A stretch of 64,000 nucleotides of DNA from positions 416,839 through 480,838 of IMG/VR virus record IMGVR_UViG_3300028558_000791; one strand, 5' to 3'. Position numbers and translations under genes: made by a program. Below are positions 46,410-57,027 of the stretch, piece by piece. Every line of letters begins with the position of its first letter. Position 1 is the first letter of the stretch. The notes below the pieces were generated by a model, which ran no database searches, had not been told where the DNA came from, and saw only the letters and a list, made by a program, of their open reading frames with translations.

Positions 46410-46748
46410 ATGGCTATGACACGCGAACAGGTTCTGGCAGAGATGGAAGCGAGCTTCAACGAGATGACCGAGGAGGAGCAGACGTCTGTTCTCTTCACGG
46501 ATGGAGGTGTCGACTGGACGCCTACGCTTCTCTTGGCGGAGGTTCGTCATGACACGGAGACCGGCCAGAAGTACGTCAAGAGCTGGGATGATAACAAGCA
46601 GAGCAATGCTCTTCTGGAAAGCCTTCTGGCTTCCCTCCTCGGTGGCGGCATGACCTGCGGTGACCCGGACTGTCCGAACTGCCATGGCGAGGTTCGGCCC
46701 TTCGGTGAGCTTCCGGCCACTGGCACCGACGACCCCACGATTCACTGA
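46410..46748 (+). CDS. Hypothetical protein with SEC-C-like Cys motif
   Basis: AAGGA RBS; CGDPDCPNC. Confidence 0.65.
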   Translation: MAMTREQVLAEMEASFNEMTEEEQTSVLFTDGGVDWTPTLLLAEVRHDTETGQKYVKSWDDNKQSNALLESLLASLLGGGMTCGDPDCPNCHGEVRPFGELPATGTDDPTIH

Positions 46749-47048
46749 GACGATAGAGTTTCCAGCTTCTCTTTCAAAAAGCTGGTGGAGCGGGACGACA
46801 ATTTTTTACGAGGATAATACAATGGCAAGTTCACAAACATGGGAAATCTGGCACAATCCCAAGATTCTCAACAAGGGTGAGGATGAGGACATCCTTTCCA
46901 TGATTAGTGATGTGGTCGAAACCATTCACAACCTGGAACGGATGTACGGCAACACGGTTGCACGTCTGACTGTGCGCAGTCTTCTACAAGAGTATCACGC
47001 TCTTACTAGCATTGCTGAGGCGAGAAACATTCGTAATTACGTGCGACC

Positions 47049-47537
47049 ATGAACTGGTTGTTACGACTGTTTGGGTTGGGGCCGAAGGCACTTCCGCCCG
47101 CTCCCATTCACGAGCCCGGCCCAGCAGCATACATCGAGCCACCCACTGCCCCTCTTCTCAGCGATATCTTTAGAGAGGCTATCCAAGAGACTCATGATGA
47201 GATCAATCAGCTTGAGAGGGAACTGTTGGATGATGTCAAACTTCGACAGTATATCAAGAATACTGTCAGAGCAATGACTCTTGGACTCAACAAAGATTCA
47301 TACGACTTCATTCTCATTCATCCTTCTGATGCCAAAATCTCTGACAAGATATGGCGTCCCTTTGCCCAGATCATGGTTCAGCTCTGCGCTGAAATTGGAA
47401 TCAAAGCGAAGGATGAGACAACCTATCTGAACGTAGACAAGAAAGAAGTTCGGAAGGCTTTCGCCAACCTCAAGAAACAAGTCGTTGATATCGACGAACG
47501 AACGCGAGCAATGCTGAGTCAAGGAATCTATCGATGA
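47049..47537 (+). CDS. Hypothetical protein
   Basis: Internal 11-mer (PAPIH). Confidence 0.7.
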   Translation: MNWLLRLFGLGPKALPPAPIHEPGPAAYIEPPTAPLLSDIFREAIQETHDEINQLERELLDDVKLRQYIKNTVRAMTLGLNKDSYDFILIHPSDAKISDKIWRPFAQIMVQLCAEIGIKAKDETTYLNVDKKEVRKAFANLKKQVVDIDERTRAMLSQGIYR

Positions 47538-48136
47538 ACTTCGATCGTATTGAGCGTTCAATTACGAAGGACACTCAAGCTGTTTTGCAAAAGAAATTGC
47601 AGTGGCTTGTTTTGGAGTTAGGTGTCAGAGAAGATAACTACCATATTGGTACTGGACTTGGAGGTAACAATGCTCAGTTGTTTGCACTCATGAGTTTCTA
47701 CCATGAAGTGGTTGTCAAGGATGACCTTACCATTCAAATTGATGATGGCGTTATGCGATGGGGATATGCCTGGTTCGAAAGGGCCAGTAAGAAAGATATT
47801 CGACGTGAGTTGGATATCAAACTTCCTGTCGTGAAAGGCGCCTCGTTGGACGATGTTCGGAAAGATCCGAGATTCTCTCTCGGCCCCAATGTCTCCAATT
47901 GGAGTGTACTCAGCTTTGCTGATATTCTATGTCAGAAGCTTGCTTCTGAACTAGATAACGGCGATGAATCCAATGTCGGCCCGACTGCTTTTGCATTGGC
48001 AGGCTTCCCAATGGAAGTGGTGCTAATGACTGTCAGAAGGCAGATTCAAATCGATAGACTCATTCGTCACAATCTGGACGAACATCCTCACTTCGGTAAA
48101 ATTCTCCACTCAATCAACAAGACCGTTGATTCATAA
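47534..48136 (+). CDS. Hypothetical protein
   Basis: ATGA coupling; 200 aa. Confidence 0.7.
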   Translation: MNFDRIERSITKDTQAVLQKKLQWLVLELGVREDNYHIGTGLGGNNAQLFALMSFYHEVVVKDDLTIQIDDGVMRWGYAWFERASKKDIRRELDIKLPVVKGASLDDVRKDPRFSLGPNVSNWSVLSFADILCQKLASELDNGDESNVGPTAFALAGFPMEVVLMTVRRQIQIDRLIRHNLDEHPHFGKILHSINKTVDS

Positions 48137-48327
48137 AAAGGAACACTATCATGGCCCGTCGCAATCATTCTACCGGAACGAAGTCCTGCACCTGCAACAA
48201 GTGTCTCGCTACTGCCGTGGCCCCTGCTGGGACCACGCACCGACGCTGCCCCGGTCAGCCCGAGCAGCCCCTTCGCCCCAAGGGCCAGGGCATCGAGCCG
48301 GCCCAGCGCGGCAAGTGGGAATGATAG

Positions 48328-48936
48328 ATGAAGGTCAATCTCAAGGAAGGTGAGATGGTCGTCAAGATGAACGACTTTGGATTCTTAGTTGAGTCCTACG
48401 TTCAGAAGCTTCTCAAGTACAATCCGTACGTGGCCGACGGCCCTCATGGTACGGATGCAAGGTTGCGTGAGTGGTGGCCTCTCCTAGAGGATTACTACAA
48501 GCGCCATATCCAAACGGCAATCGAAGTTGCGATTGCTTTGGATGACCCGCCCCGTTACAATCGGGAACCACTTCAGAACAAAGAGCTTTGGGTTCAGTTT
48601 CTCAAAGACTTCCGACCTGGAAAGTCTGCCTTCACTGTGAAGTATCATTGTCACAAGTGCAAAGCGAAGAACGTCAAACTCTGGCGAGGCGTACACGGGA
48701 GTGCAGATGAGAACGGACATGAGTTGCTTTGCGCAGCCTGTCTAGCACCCGGTGTCAAAGTAAGTGACCAAGGTAAAGCCAACTGGAAATATGATGGGAT
48801 GTCCGACATGGACTCTGATCAAATCAATGGCTGGTTACCAGCAATCCCTGTGGATAATACCTACTGGGGATATAGCAGCGTTCCCTCACAAGACGTGGAG
48901 TGGTGGGTAGGTCTACCAACCTATCCGTCAAAGTAA
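48328..48936 (+). CDS. Hypothetical protein with Zn ribbon
   Basis: CHKC...VKLWR...LCAAC...GW.PA.P...WGY pattern. Confidence 0.7.
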   Translation: MKVNLKEGEMVVKMNDFGFLVESYVQKLLKYNPYVADGPHGTDARLREWWPLLEDYYKRHIQTAIEVAIALDDPPRYNREPLQNKELWVQFLKDFRPGKSAFTVKYHCHKCKAKNVKLWRGVHGSADENGHELLCAACLAPGVKVSDQGKANWKYDGMSDMDSDQINGWLPAIPVDNTYWGYSSVPSQDVEWWVGLPTYPSK

Positions 48937-49840
48937 AAATGTTCGACGAAAACGGACTTCTCAGTAAGCTGGCAGAGGCAGAGAAGAGTTTGCACGAAGC
49001 AAGGAATGCTTTGGCAGATGCAAAAAGGAAATGGACCGCGGCAGAAACCGAAGTCATCTCTGCTAAGATTCATCGAGACCGTGTCAAGGAAGAACTGCGA
49101 GTATATCGCATCACAACGCCTCGATACGAACAATCTCCCCAAGACGTGGACTTGGAAAGATTCCGCAAAGAAAATCCCGAACTAATGGAGTGGGTTCGGG
49201 AAAGAGACTCTAAAAAGGATGATGAGGAATGAGGTTCTCCACTGGTGGCATCAGGTTATATCCCTGGCATTCAATCAATCTCATTCCTCAGGCGGCAATC
49301 GTTTCAATCGTGGATGACAGTGAGCCATACAAATACTACTCCATGGTGGAGTTAGTTGTTCTGGGTCACGTACTCCACGTGGACATGCCGTTCAAAGTCT
49401 CTCGTGGTTGGAGTACCCCGCTTCTGGGACCACTCTGGAGCAAACGTAAGAAGAAGTGGTACAGAGCCCCGAAATAAAAACCGAAGTGATATATTAGGCA
49501 AACAATGTTTGGAACAATAATTCTTGTGGGTGGTGGTATTGTATACGTAGTCGGAAGCGTGTTTACGTTTGCCGTGCTGGCTACGACATTTCCACTTAGC
49601 AAATCACAAGAATTAATCTTACCCAGCCTAGCCTGGCCAGTAGTTCTGCCTATCATAGTAATTGGATTAGGTGGGTAACGTGAGCACAATAGAACAGGTA
49701 GATTACCTACTAAGTATCATCGACATCATCTTATGTTTGATTGATATCGGTTTGATCATCTACCTGTTCTTCTACCGCTTCCCACCAGAGAAGAAAAACA
49801 AGTTCGACAAGTTTGGTTACTATCGCAAAAGAAAACGTCG

Positions 49841-50269
49841 ATGAAGACCCCTGTTACCATAGAAGTTTCTGTAGAGATTGTGGATTGGGATCCCGCTTTT
49901 GTAAAAGAAGGTGCAGTCTCTTTCGCCTCTGAAAAGGAAGCTGCCTTCTTTTGGTTCCGTCGGTCTGACTTCAATAGTCACTGCACCATCTCACAAAACC
50001 CACACACTAAACGATGGGTAATGGTGACAGAGATTTATGTTCCCAAATCCAAAGCAGAAGAGGTTGCTCTTTTTTGGAAAGAGGGTTGGGATACGCAGAG
50101 GGATGCGTATGGCCAAGCATGCTGGGACGAATACTACCGTGGTGTTCGTGATGCAGAACTGAATACAGTTTTTGATCGAGAGGGCTTTGGTGAGAAGATC
50201 ATTCAACGCCTGGCCAAAGCGATGCCTAAGTGGATGTTCGCAAATAAACAGTTGAAGGAAAACAAATGA
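49841..50269 (+). CDS. Hypothetical protein
   Basis: ATGA coupling to the RNA ligase gene. Confidence 0.6.
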   Translation: MKTPVTIEVSVEIVDWDPAFVKEGAVSFASEKEAAFFWFRRSDFNSHCTISQNPHTKRWVMVTEIYVPKSKAEEVALFWKEGWDTQRDAYGQACWDEYYRGVRDAELNTVFDREGFGEKIIQRLAKAMPKWMFANKQLKENK

Positions 50270-51360
50270 AGTTCATGGCATGGCCGGAGATTGAATCGTT
50301 CCACAATATTAGGAAGTTCATCCGTGTTGATCCGGGTGAGTGGTGGCACAAGAAAGAACTTCTTGCCGGCACGAGTGTTGTGTCCTACAAGGCCAAGGTC
50401 AAGCTGCACGGAACCAATGCGGCTGTACGAATTGATTCTAGTGGTAACGTCACGGCTCAAAGCCGAACCAACATCATCACTCCCGAGAATGACAACGCAG
50501 GCTTCGCCCGCTGGGTGAAGGCCAATGAGAATGAGTGGAAGAAGACGGCAGCCGTTCCTACTAAGGATAATCCTGCCGACCACTATCTCAATGTGGTTTA
50601 CTACGGTGAGTGGATTGGCCCTGGCATTCAAAAGAATGTTGCCGTATCTGAGATTCCCAAGAAATGTTTCGCCGTCTTCGCCATGAAAATTCTTGGCAAG
50701 GATGAAGAGGAAGTTCTTTTCGAGGTTGAACCTAAACGTATCGAGATGTATCTCGGCAAGAGTGGAATCAAGTTTGCTTTTTCAGAAGAAGCCAACCTTC
50801 CTGATGTCTATGTTCTTCCCTGGTATGAGCAGTCAATCGACATCGACTGGAAGCAGAACGATGAAGAACTGAGCAAGACCATTGCACCCATCAACGATTG
50901 GGTAATGGCTATCGAAGCCAATGACCCGTGGGTTGAGAAGACCTTTGGCGTCAAGGGAACTGGTGAAGGTTTAGTCTTCTATCCAGCTTCCGTTGCACAT
51001 AAGAACAGCTTCGAGCACTTCACCAACCTTTGCTTCAAGGCTAAAGGAGAGAAGCATAAGAACATTGCTACTGCCAAGCCCGTCCAGGTAAGTGCAGAAG
51101 CGGCTGCCAGCATCGATGCCTTCGTTGCCATGGTCCTCACTGAAGCTCGACTGGAGCAAGGGGCGACTAAGGTTTCTCCAGGTGGTGCACTTACCTATGA
51201 CATGAAGAATACGGGTAAGTTCGTCACATGGGTAAGTGCGGATGTGGAAAAAGAAACTCAGGACGAGTTGGCTGCAAGCAGTCTGACTTGGAAGGAAGTT
51301 CAGAAACCCATCAGTGACAAGGCCCGCTCCTGGTATCTCACTAAGGCTAAGGGATTTTGA
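50266..51360 (+). CDS. RNA ligase, Rnl2-type
   Basis: Motif I KLHGTN, YGEWIG.GIQK, FAVF, GEGLVF, FKAK. Confidence 0.85.
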   Translation: MKFMAWPEIESFHNIRKFIRVDPGEWWHKKELLAGTSVVSYKAKVKLHGTNAAVRIDSSGNVTAQSRTNIITPENDNAGFARWVKANENEWKKTAAVPTKDNPADHYLNVVYYGEWIGPGIQKNVAVSEIPKKCFAVFAMKILGKDEEEVLFEVEPKRIEMYLGKSGIKFAFSEEANLPDVYVLPWYEQSIDIDWKQNDEELSKTIAPINDWVMAIEANDPWVEKTFGVKGTGEGLVFYPASVAHKNSFEHFTNLCFKAKGEKHKNIATAKPVQVSAEAAASIDAFVAMVLTEARLEQGATKVSPGGALTYDMKNTGKFVTWVSADVEKETQDELAASSLTWKEVQKPISDKARSWYLTKAKGF

Positions 51361-51361
51361 T

Positions 51362-51967
51362 ATGAGCGATGCAGTTAGAGGCATGATTGTCTACCATCGC
51401 GTAGCTCATTCCCGTGGTACGGTCACGGCAGGCAATCAATCCAACGGAATGATTGCTGTTCAGTGGGATGATGGTGGTAGGCAAATCATCCACGTAAGCA
51501 ATCTGATGAGCGAGAAGCTCTACAACGAATTCAAAGAAGAAGAAAGAGTAAATCAAATGGCACTCAAGCCAGCAGAAGTAATTCTGGATGCAGTTGTATT
51601 CCAGGTAGGGAAGACTCCGCCGCTCAACAAGGGCAAGATTGTTGGACCATTGAATGGTTCACTTGCTATTGTCGAGTGGGAAGGCGGCCACATCAGCAAA
51701 GTGGATATCAAGAATCTGCTTGCCGAAGTGGCTGGCATCGCTGAGAACCAGCGCTTGCAAGATGAGAAGGATCGTTTGGAACGAGAGTTCGCTACGGTCG
51801 AGGTTGCTGTCAAAGACAAGTTGGCTGATGCAGCCAAGCTGGTCAATGAAGCGGCGGCCATTGCCAACAAGGGCAACGTGGACATCCAGGATATGTATGA
51901 TGCAACTCGTGACCTGGAACGTGCCATGGAGAACGCCGGCTGGAACACTTCGTCCTGGCATTGTTAG
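51362..51967 (+). CDS. SH3-like repeat/coiled-coil protein with C-terminal GWxxSxxxC
   Basis: Two GxxVxVxWxxG units; ends AGWNTSSWHC. Confidence 0.75.
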   Translation: MSDAVRGMIVYHRVAHSRGTVTAGNQSNGMIAVQWDDGGRQIIHVSNLMSEKLYNEFKEEERVNQMALKPAEVILDAVVFQVGKTPPLNKGKIVGPLNGSLAIVEWEGGHISKVDIKNLLAEVAGIAENQRLQDEKDRLEREFATVEVAVKDKLADAAKLVNEAAAIANKGNVDIQDMYDATRDLERAMENAGWNTSSWHC

Positions 51968-51974
51968 AGGCAAC

Positions 51975-53465
51975 ATGTATAAGAGAATCATTGTTTGTAG
52001 CCTAATTGTCTTGGTAGGGGCAGCCTGCAATGGATTAGACTCTCATACCTCTAATAAAAATACACCATCTACTCTGCCGTCTTTTGAAGATGATGCATCC
52101 ACATCCACATCCACATCCAATGACGCCGATTCTGGTGTAACATCTAACGATGCATCATCAGAACCTGATACTAGTGCTCCTCCAGTGCCCCATTGTGGTG
52201 ATAGCTCTCAACCTCAATGCCTTTTAGGAGAAGGGTGTAGAAGGAATGATGACTGTGCAAGCGGAGCCTGTGATTACCATAGTAAATGTATCAACGAAAA
52301 AAGTTGTACCGTCCACTTTGGTGGTGATACCTGTGGACAAGGAGAAGTAGGAGACCCTACTGCCGTTCACGAGTCTTGCTGTAAGTCTAATCTTGTTAAT
52401 GGTTACTCTGATCAAACCCATCCGGGCAAGGACGTTTACCTTGACAAGTACGAGATTACGGCTGGCCGTATTAGGGCTTTCGTTCAAGCAATCAATTCTA
52501 TTCCTGGCGGGATAAGGGCGTCTCTTACTACTAACCCTCCAACAATCTGGGATTCTTCTTGGAATAAGTTTCTCCCTGCACGAGAAAACGATCAGATTGT
52601 CATTGCCAGGTTACTACTTGGCGACCCTCGGCATGATGGTCAGACTCAAGCCCAAGCAGGGCCTGGAGTTGTTCTTCCTCCTACCACTGACCAAGCAGTA
52701 AGCCTTGGAATTACCCATCAGTTTGGTGGGCAAGTCTTTGCTGATGTTCATGGTAATAACTGCGGCACGTATGCAGGTGCGTATGGGTTCCCAACCTATT
52801 ACTATCCTGCTGATGTCATGGTTACGAATGGGGAGGTTCCCCGTTCCCTTAGTCAAGATGTTCTTGATACCAAATCAATGAACTGTATTACCAATGCGAT
52901 GCTTCAAGCATTCTGCACTTGGGATGGCGGGCAGCTTGCCACATCTGAAGTGATGGACTATGTAACAGATAGTTCAAGCGGGTCTAACGATGTCTCTGGT
53001 TGTGGTACTCAACATGATTCTCATGGGGAGTTACTCGGTAACATCTTTACTAACACGGTTCAGTCAGGTGGTACGTGCCCTCCTGTTAGCGTAGTCAATG
53101 CTACCTTCGATGCCGGCGATGCTTTGCCGGTTCCCGGTAGCTTTCTCAATACACACAACTACAGCTTCCCTGATGTGGGACCAACAACTTCCGATAAAGT
53201 CTGGGAGATTGCTGCGCCTGGTAGGATAGCGGCTGACAACATTAAGGGCTGGATGGATCTAGCCGGCAACCTTAGTGAGTCGGTGTTAGTAACGAATAAT
53301 GGTTCTTTTACAGGTCGTTTTGGATTGAAGTATCGTGGCATTGGTTATGGTAGTTCTCGTTCAGACTTGAACGTTACCTACATGCCAGGAGAATCAATCC
53401 TGCGAGTGGAGCGTCCCGAAGTCAAAACTGCTTTGGCTGGTGGTAGATGCATGCGATTCAAGTGA
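51975..53465 (+). CDS. Secreted FGE-sulfatase/SUMF1-fold lipoprotein of myxobacterial type
   Basis: VGAAC lipobox-like; ESCC, YLDKYEITAGR.RAFV, NCI...AFCTWDGG.L, DLAGNL.E, GGRCMR. Confidence 0.75.
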   Translation: MYKRIIVCSLIVLVGAACNGLDSHTSNKNTPSTLPSFEDDASTSTSTSNDADSGVTSNDASSEPDTSAPPVPHCGDSSQPQCLLGEGCRRNDDCASGACDYHSKCINEKSCTVHFGGDTCGQGEVGDPTAVHESCCKSNLVNGYSDQTHPGKDVYLDKYEITAGRIRAFVQAINSIPGGIRASLTTNPPTIWDSSWNKFLPARENDQIVIARLLLGDPRHDGQTQAQAGPGVVLPPTTDQAVSLGITHQFGGQVFADVHGNNCGTYAGAYGFPTYYYPADVMVTNGEVPRSLSQDVLDTKSMNCITNAMLQAFCTWDGGQLATSEVMDYVTDSSSGSNDVSGCGTQHDSHGELLGNIFTNTVQSGGTCPPVSVVNATFDAGDALPVPGSFLNTHNYSFPDVGPTTSDKVWEIAAPGRIAADNIKGWMDLAGNLSESVLVTNNGSFTGRFGLKYRGIGYGSSRSDLNVTYMPGESILRVERPEVKTALAGGRCMRFK

Positions 53466-53509
53466 AGTGGGGTGGGGTGAAACTTTTAAACGTATCGGAA
53501 TAAAAATCA

Positions 53510-54016
53510 ATGAAGAATCTTCTGCTGTGTTGTTTTGCGGTAGTGGTATCGGCCTGTGGAATCAAGGCAGTTACGGATCATAAAGACGCTGTAACGACTA
53601 GCGAGGCAGATAGTGGCAGTGGTAATTCTGTCGTAGCAGAAGATGGAAGCGTTACTCCTACCGATGATGCTTCTGTTCCCGTCACTGATTCGTCACTACC
53701 TCCTGTTGTTCAAAGCTGTTTGGACACATGCACATCTAAGCACCCGGTTGGTGTGAAGCTGGCCGCAGACATTGACACCTGCTGGAATGCACACTGCAAG
53801 AATCAGTGCGAGCTTGCCGGTGATCCTTCTGGCAAGGTGTATGGTCCTGATGCAAGCGTCAATGATGGTGGTACCTGTCAGACTCAGGTGCTTACTCCAT
53901 TCGAGAGTTGCTCTGAGTGTACTGTTACTTTCTGCTGCACTCCTTGGGATAAGGCATTCACCAATGATGATGCACTTGCACTGAATGAATGCACTAATGC
54001 TTGTTGGGGTAAGTAA
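53510..54016 (+). CDS. Cys-rich myxobacterial-style lipoprotein
   Basis: VVSAC lipobox; CLDTC, C...C...CC...C...C. Confidence 0.7.
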   Translation: MKNLLLCCFAVVVSACGIKAVTDHKDAVTTSEADSGSGNSVVAEDGSVTPTDDASVPVTDSSLPPVVQSCLDTCTSKHPVGVKLAADIDTCWNAHCKNQCELAGDPSGKVYGPDASVNDGGTCQTQVLTPFESCSECTVTFCCTPWDKAFTNDDALALNECTNACWGK

Positions 54017-54019
54017 ATC

Positions 54020-54271
54020 ATGGACTTGGAAGAAGAGTTTCAAAAGCTGATGCAAGGTGTGGTGGATCAAATCCAAGACAAGGTTACTGCTGGTACCTTA
54101 TCCGCGATTGATGGCGCCGACCTTGTTCGTATGGTTAGGGAGCGTAGTGCTCCGACCGAAGAAGCTTGGTCTTCTTCCACGCAGTCATGCATGGACTCAT
54201 ATCAGTATGCCGAGCCTGATGAAGATTCACGTGGATGGCAGCGTTCATCCTGGTGCGGAGATAACGGATGA
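54020..54271 (+). CDS. Small protein with two WxSS..C-like motifs
   Basis: AWSSSTQSC, GWQRSSWC. Confidence 0.65.
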   Translation: MDLEEEFQKLMQGVVDQIQDKVTAGTLSAIDGADLVRMVRERSAPTEEAWSSSTQSCMDSYQYAEPDEDSRGWQRSSWCGDNG

Positions 54272-54693
54272 GTCTATTTACATATGAATCTGGCATGCGG
54301 ATTCGCAACCGTGAAGGTAGCGATACTGGAGAAATTGTTGATGTCGATCGGGGCGCTGAAGAGATGCGTGTTCATTGGGATTCCAATGATACTATTTCTT
54401 GGACCGAAGCTCGTTTCATCATGCCAGATACACCCGAAGCGGCTCAACAGCTCGCCGAATTGAATCGAAAGATTCAGGCCAATATTGATGAGGCTACCTC
54501 TCTTTTGGAGCAAGCCTTCAAGAAGTGGCGGCTGGCCAACGCCATGGAGATGGAAGGGGTAGACAATCCCGGTCCTGATAGTGGTTACTTCGAGGGAGCA
54601 TATGCCCTTCGTAATAATGAAGAGCTGGACCTTTCCAAGTTCGAGGAAGTGGTAGAAAGCAATGGCTGGAGCACTTCATCTCTCTACTGTTGA
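54268..54693 (+). CDS. SH3-like/coiled-coil protein with C-terminal GWxxSxxxC
   Basis: Ends NGWSTSSLYC. Confidence 0.75.
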   Translation: MSLFTYESGMRIRNREGSDTGEIVDVDRGAEEMRVHWDSNDTISWTEARFIMPDTPEAAQQLAELNRKIQANIDEATSLLEQAFKKWRLANAMEMEGVDNPGPDSGYFEGAYALRNNEELDLSKFEEVVESNGWSTSSLYC

Positions 54694-54920
54694 TGTAATT
54701 ATCAAGGGACTCAAAAAGTCTAAACGAGAGTTACGTCAACTACTGAATACCATTCCTGATGAGGATGCGTATGCCACACCATACTCAATCATCGTTGATG
54801 GTATCAACGAACTTGATAATCTAATCAACGAAATCAAACCATCTATCAAAGATGCTAAAGAGCATCGTAAACAAAACCCTGACCAATTCCCTAACCGGGC
54901 TAAGAAATGGTGTGTGATAA

Positions 54921-55844
54921 ATGATTCTCGTAGGAAGTCGAGCGCTAGCTCTGAGGAAACCGGCAGCTCTCATGAGGAAACCGCTTGACTTCGATTGGGT
55001 TTGTACCTTTTCTGAGTATGAAGCTTGGATGGAGAAGAACTCATCTAAAGTCAAGCCGACCAAAGTGTACTCGGAGACTGGCCACAACTTCCACAAGATG
55101 ATTGTGGAAGGAACTACCAACTGCGAATTCGAGATCATTCAAGAGGGGCAAAGTTCGGAAATTCTCCAGAAATTTGTGGAAGGTAATTCCGAAAGTTTGG
55201 AGACGCCCTTCGGTTGGGTTCCGACTTTCGACATGTTGTTCACCATCAAGCAGTCTCATCGCTACTTGAGAAACAGCCCGCACTTCTGGAAGACATTGGT
55301 CGATTGGCATACCATGAAGCACATGGGCGCGGTGGTTCGTCCAGAGTACAAAGACTTCCTCAAGATGCGAGAGAAGGAAACCTATTGGTACAAGCATCCT
55401 AAGCTCAATACCACTAAGGAAAACTTCTTCAAGGATGATATGATCGACTACGTGTGGGACCATGATGATATCCATAAGTCGGTGGCTATCTATGACCGCC
55501 CTGCTTACACCTATTACCTGAAGGATGGAGCCCAGGTAGATTGTGATAAGGATAAGTTCTTTGCAATCTCTCAAGAGCTTCGTCTAGCCGGTGTAGTGGA
55601 AGAGGCCGCTGTCTTGGCAGTCGAGCGTAGTTTGGTTCCACACCCGAACGTATGGACTCCCGAGTACGCTTGGAAGTTTGCTCTAGCTAAGGTCTGCTCC
55701 AGCATTACGTCTGGATGGTTTCGTCAGTTCGCATACGAGAATGCGCCCAAGGTTCTCAAGCTTTACCCAACAGGGTATTGGGAGAAGTTCCAAACGGATT
55801 GCGCAAGCGGTCTGGTCAAACCTTTCACCGGAAGCAAATACTGA
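54921..55844 (+). CDS. Conserved large-phage protein with nucleotidyltransferase-like N-terminus
   Basis: LVGSRAL...DFDW (GS-x-DxD); K.SH; HD.IH. Confidence 0.65.
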   Translation: MILVGSRALALRKPAALMRKPLDFDWVCTFSEYEAWMEKNSSKVKPTKVYSETGHNFHKMIVEGTTNCEFEIIQEGQSSEILQKFVEGNSESLETPFGWVPTFDMLFTIKQSHRYLRNSPHFWKTLVDWHTMKHMGAVVRPEYKDFLKMREKETYWYKHPKLNTTKENFFKDDMIDYVWDHDDIHKSVAIYDRPAYTYYLKDGAQVDCDKDKFFAISQELRLAGVVEEAAVLAVERSLVPHPNVWTPEYAWKFALAKVCSSITSGWFRQFAYENAPKVLKLYPTGYWEKFQTDCASGLVKPFTGSKY

Positions 55845-55845
55845 A

Positions 55846-56322
55846 ATGAAGTTTCAAATCAAAGACAAGGTCATTCCCAAGGATACCATCAGGGCTCATA
55901 CCAACTACCTCGTCTCAGAGGTAGTTGCGTACCTGGATGGACACGTACTCACTATGATGTGGGGCGATGGTTTTGGTGATGAGATTCATCACTACGACTT
56001 TTTGGAAGACACTAAACCCGGTGACCGAAGCTGGGGTACCGCTATCCATCGATATCAGGAGAGCGATCTCTTTACTCCTGAAGAAGCTCTTGTTGAGCTT
56101 CGTAGGCTGGAAGCAATCAAAGACAATCTAGATGAAGAGTTCGAGGGTGTACGTGCAAGCATCCGAGCGAAACTAGATGCGGCTGCCGTCCTTGTTCAAG
56201 AGGCGGCAGATATTGCCAAGCCGTTCAACAAAGAGTTGGATGACCTGAGCCGAGATGAATGCAGGAAGCTGTTTGATGCTCAGGAAAAGAATGGCTGGCG
56301 AGCTTCACACGTCAGGTGCTAA
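55846..56322 (+). CDS. Coiled-coil protein with C-terminal GWxxSxxxC
   Basis: Ends NGWRASHVRC. Confidence 0.7.
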   Translation: MKFQIKDKVIPKDTIRAHTNYLVSEVVAYLDGHVLTMMWGDGFGDEIHHYDFLEDTKPGDRSWGTAIHRYQESDLFTPEEALVELRRLEAIKDNLDEEFEGVRASIRAKLDAAAVLVQEAADIAKPFNKELDDLSRDECRKLFDAQEKNGWRASHVRC

Positions 56323-56324
56323 AA

Positions 56325-56837
56325 ATGAAATACGATGATAATGTAGAATCACGATATGGAATCAAGTTGGTCGATGACCGGACGATCCGAAAGGAAGCGG
56401 AGTTTTCTCAGCGCGAAAACTTCGAGTGGATTCGTAAGCTGGTTCTCCACCTGATTGCCAACCCTGATCCGATGGTTGTCCCTATCTATCGCTTCGAGGT
56501 AATCACGGAGACTTCGGATAGAGACGATCGTAGGTGGGGTCACTACAAGTACGCCTACGAGATGATGCGTCTGCCCATGCTCACGCATGATGAGAAAGAA
56601 CTCATCACTGCTATGATTCAGAGGCGATGGACATCCAACAATCCACCTCCCGATGCTACCATCGAAGAGGGTCGAAGGAACTTCCCTGACCTAGTTGCAT
56701 TCATGACTCGTGTATTGGCTGAAGGCAACTACACTGACCTCCATGACAACAACTTCCTCAAGGATGAGCAGGGCAACTATCGCATCATCGACCTGGAAGG
56801 CTTCTCTCGATACCCTTCAATCGGTAATCGGCAATGA
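56325..56837 (+). CDS. Kinase-like (ePK/APH fold) protein
   Basis: YTDLHDNNFL...YRIIDLE. Confidence 0.65.
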   Translation: MKYDDNVESRYGIKLVDDRTIRKEAEFSQRENFEWIRKLVLHLIANPDPMVVPIYRFEVITETSDRDDRRWGHYKYAYEMMRLPMLTHDEKELITAMIQRRWTSNNPPPDATIEEGRRNFPDLVAFMTRVLAEGNYTDLHDNNFLKDEQGNYRIIDLEGFSRYPSIGNRQ

Positions 56838-57027
56838 AAGCTTCAGTAATGATTAGGTTTGGCTATGTAATGACAGCCGTTTACTTAGTCATAGCTCTGT
56901 GGTTCTGGCTTGCAGGAGGAGAAGACTCCCGAGAGCACACACTCATGTTCCTGGCCGGAGCGGCCGCCTGGGTCATTGGGCTGTTAGTCTGGTACAAAGT
57001 CTTAGAGCAAGAGCAAGAGGAGTGAAC

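Noticed and set aside
51975-53465. Diversity-generating retroelement target (FGE/C-type-lectin fold)
   Set aside because: No template repeat or reverse transcriptase is visible in the window.
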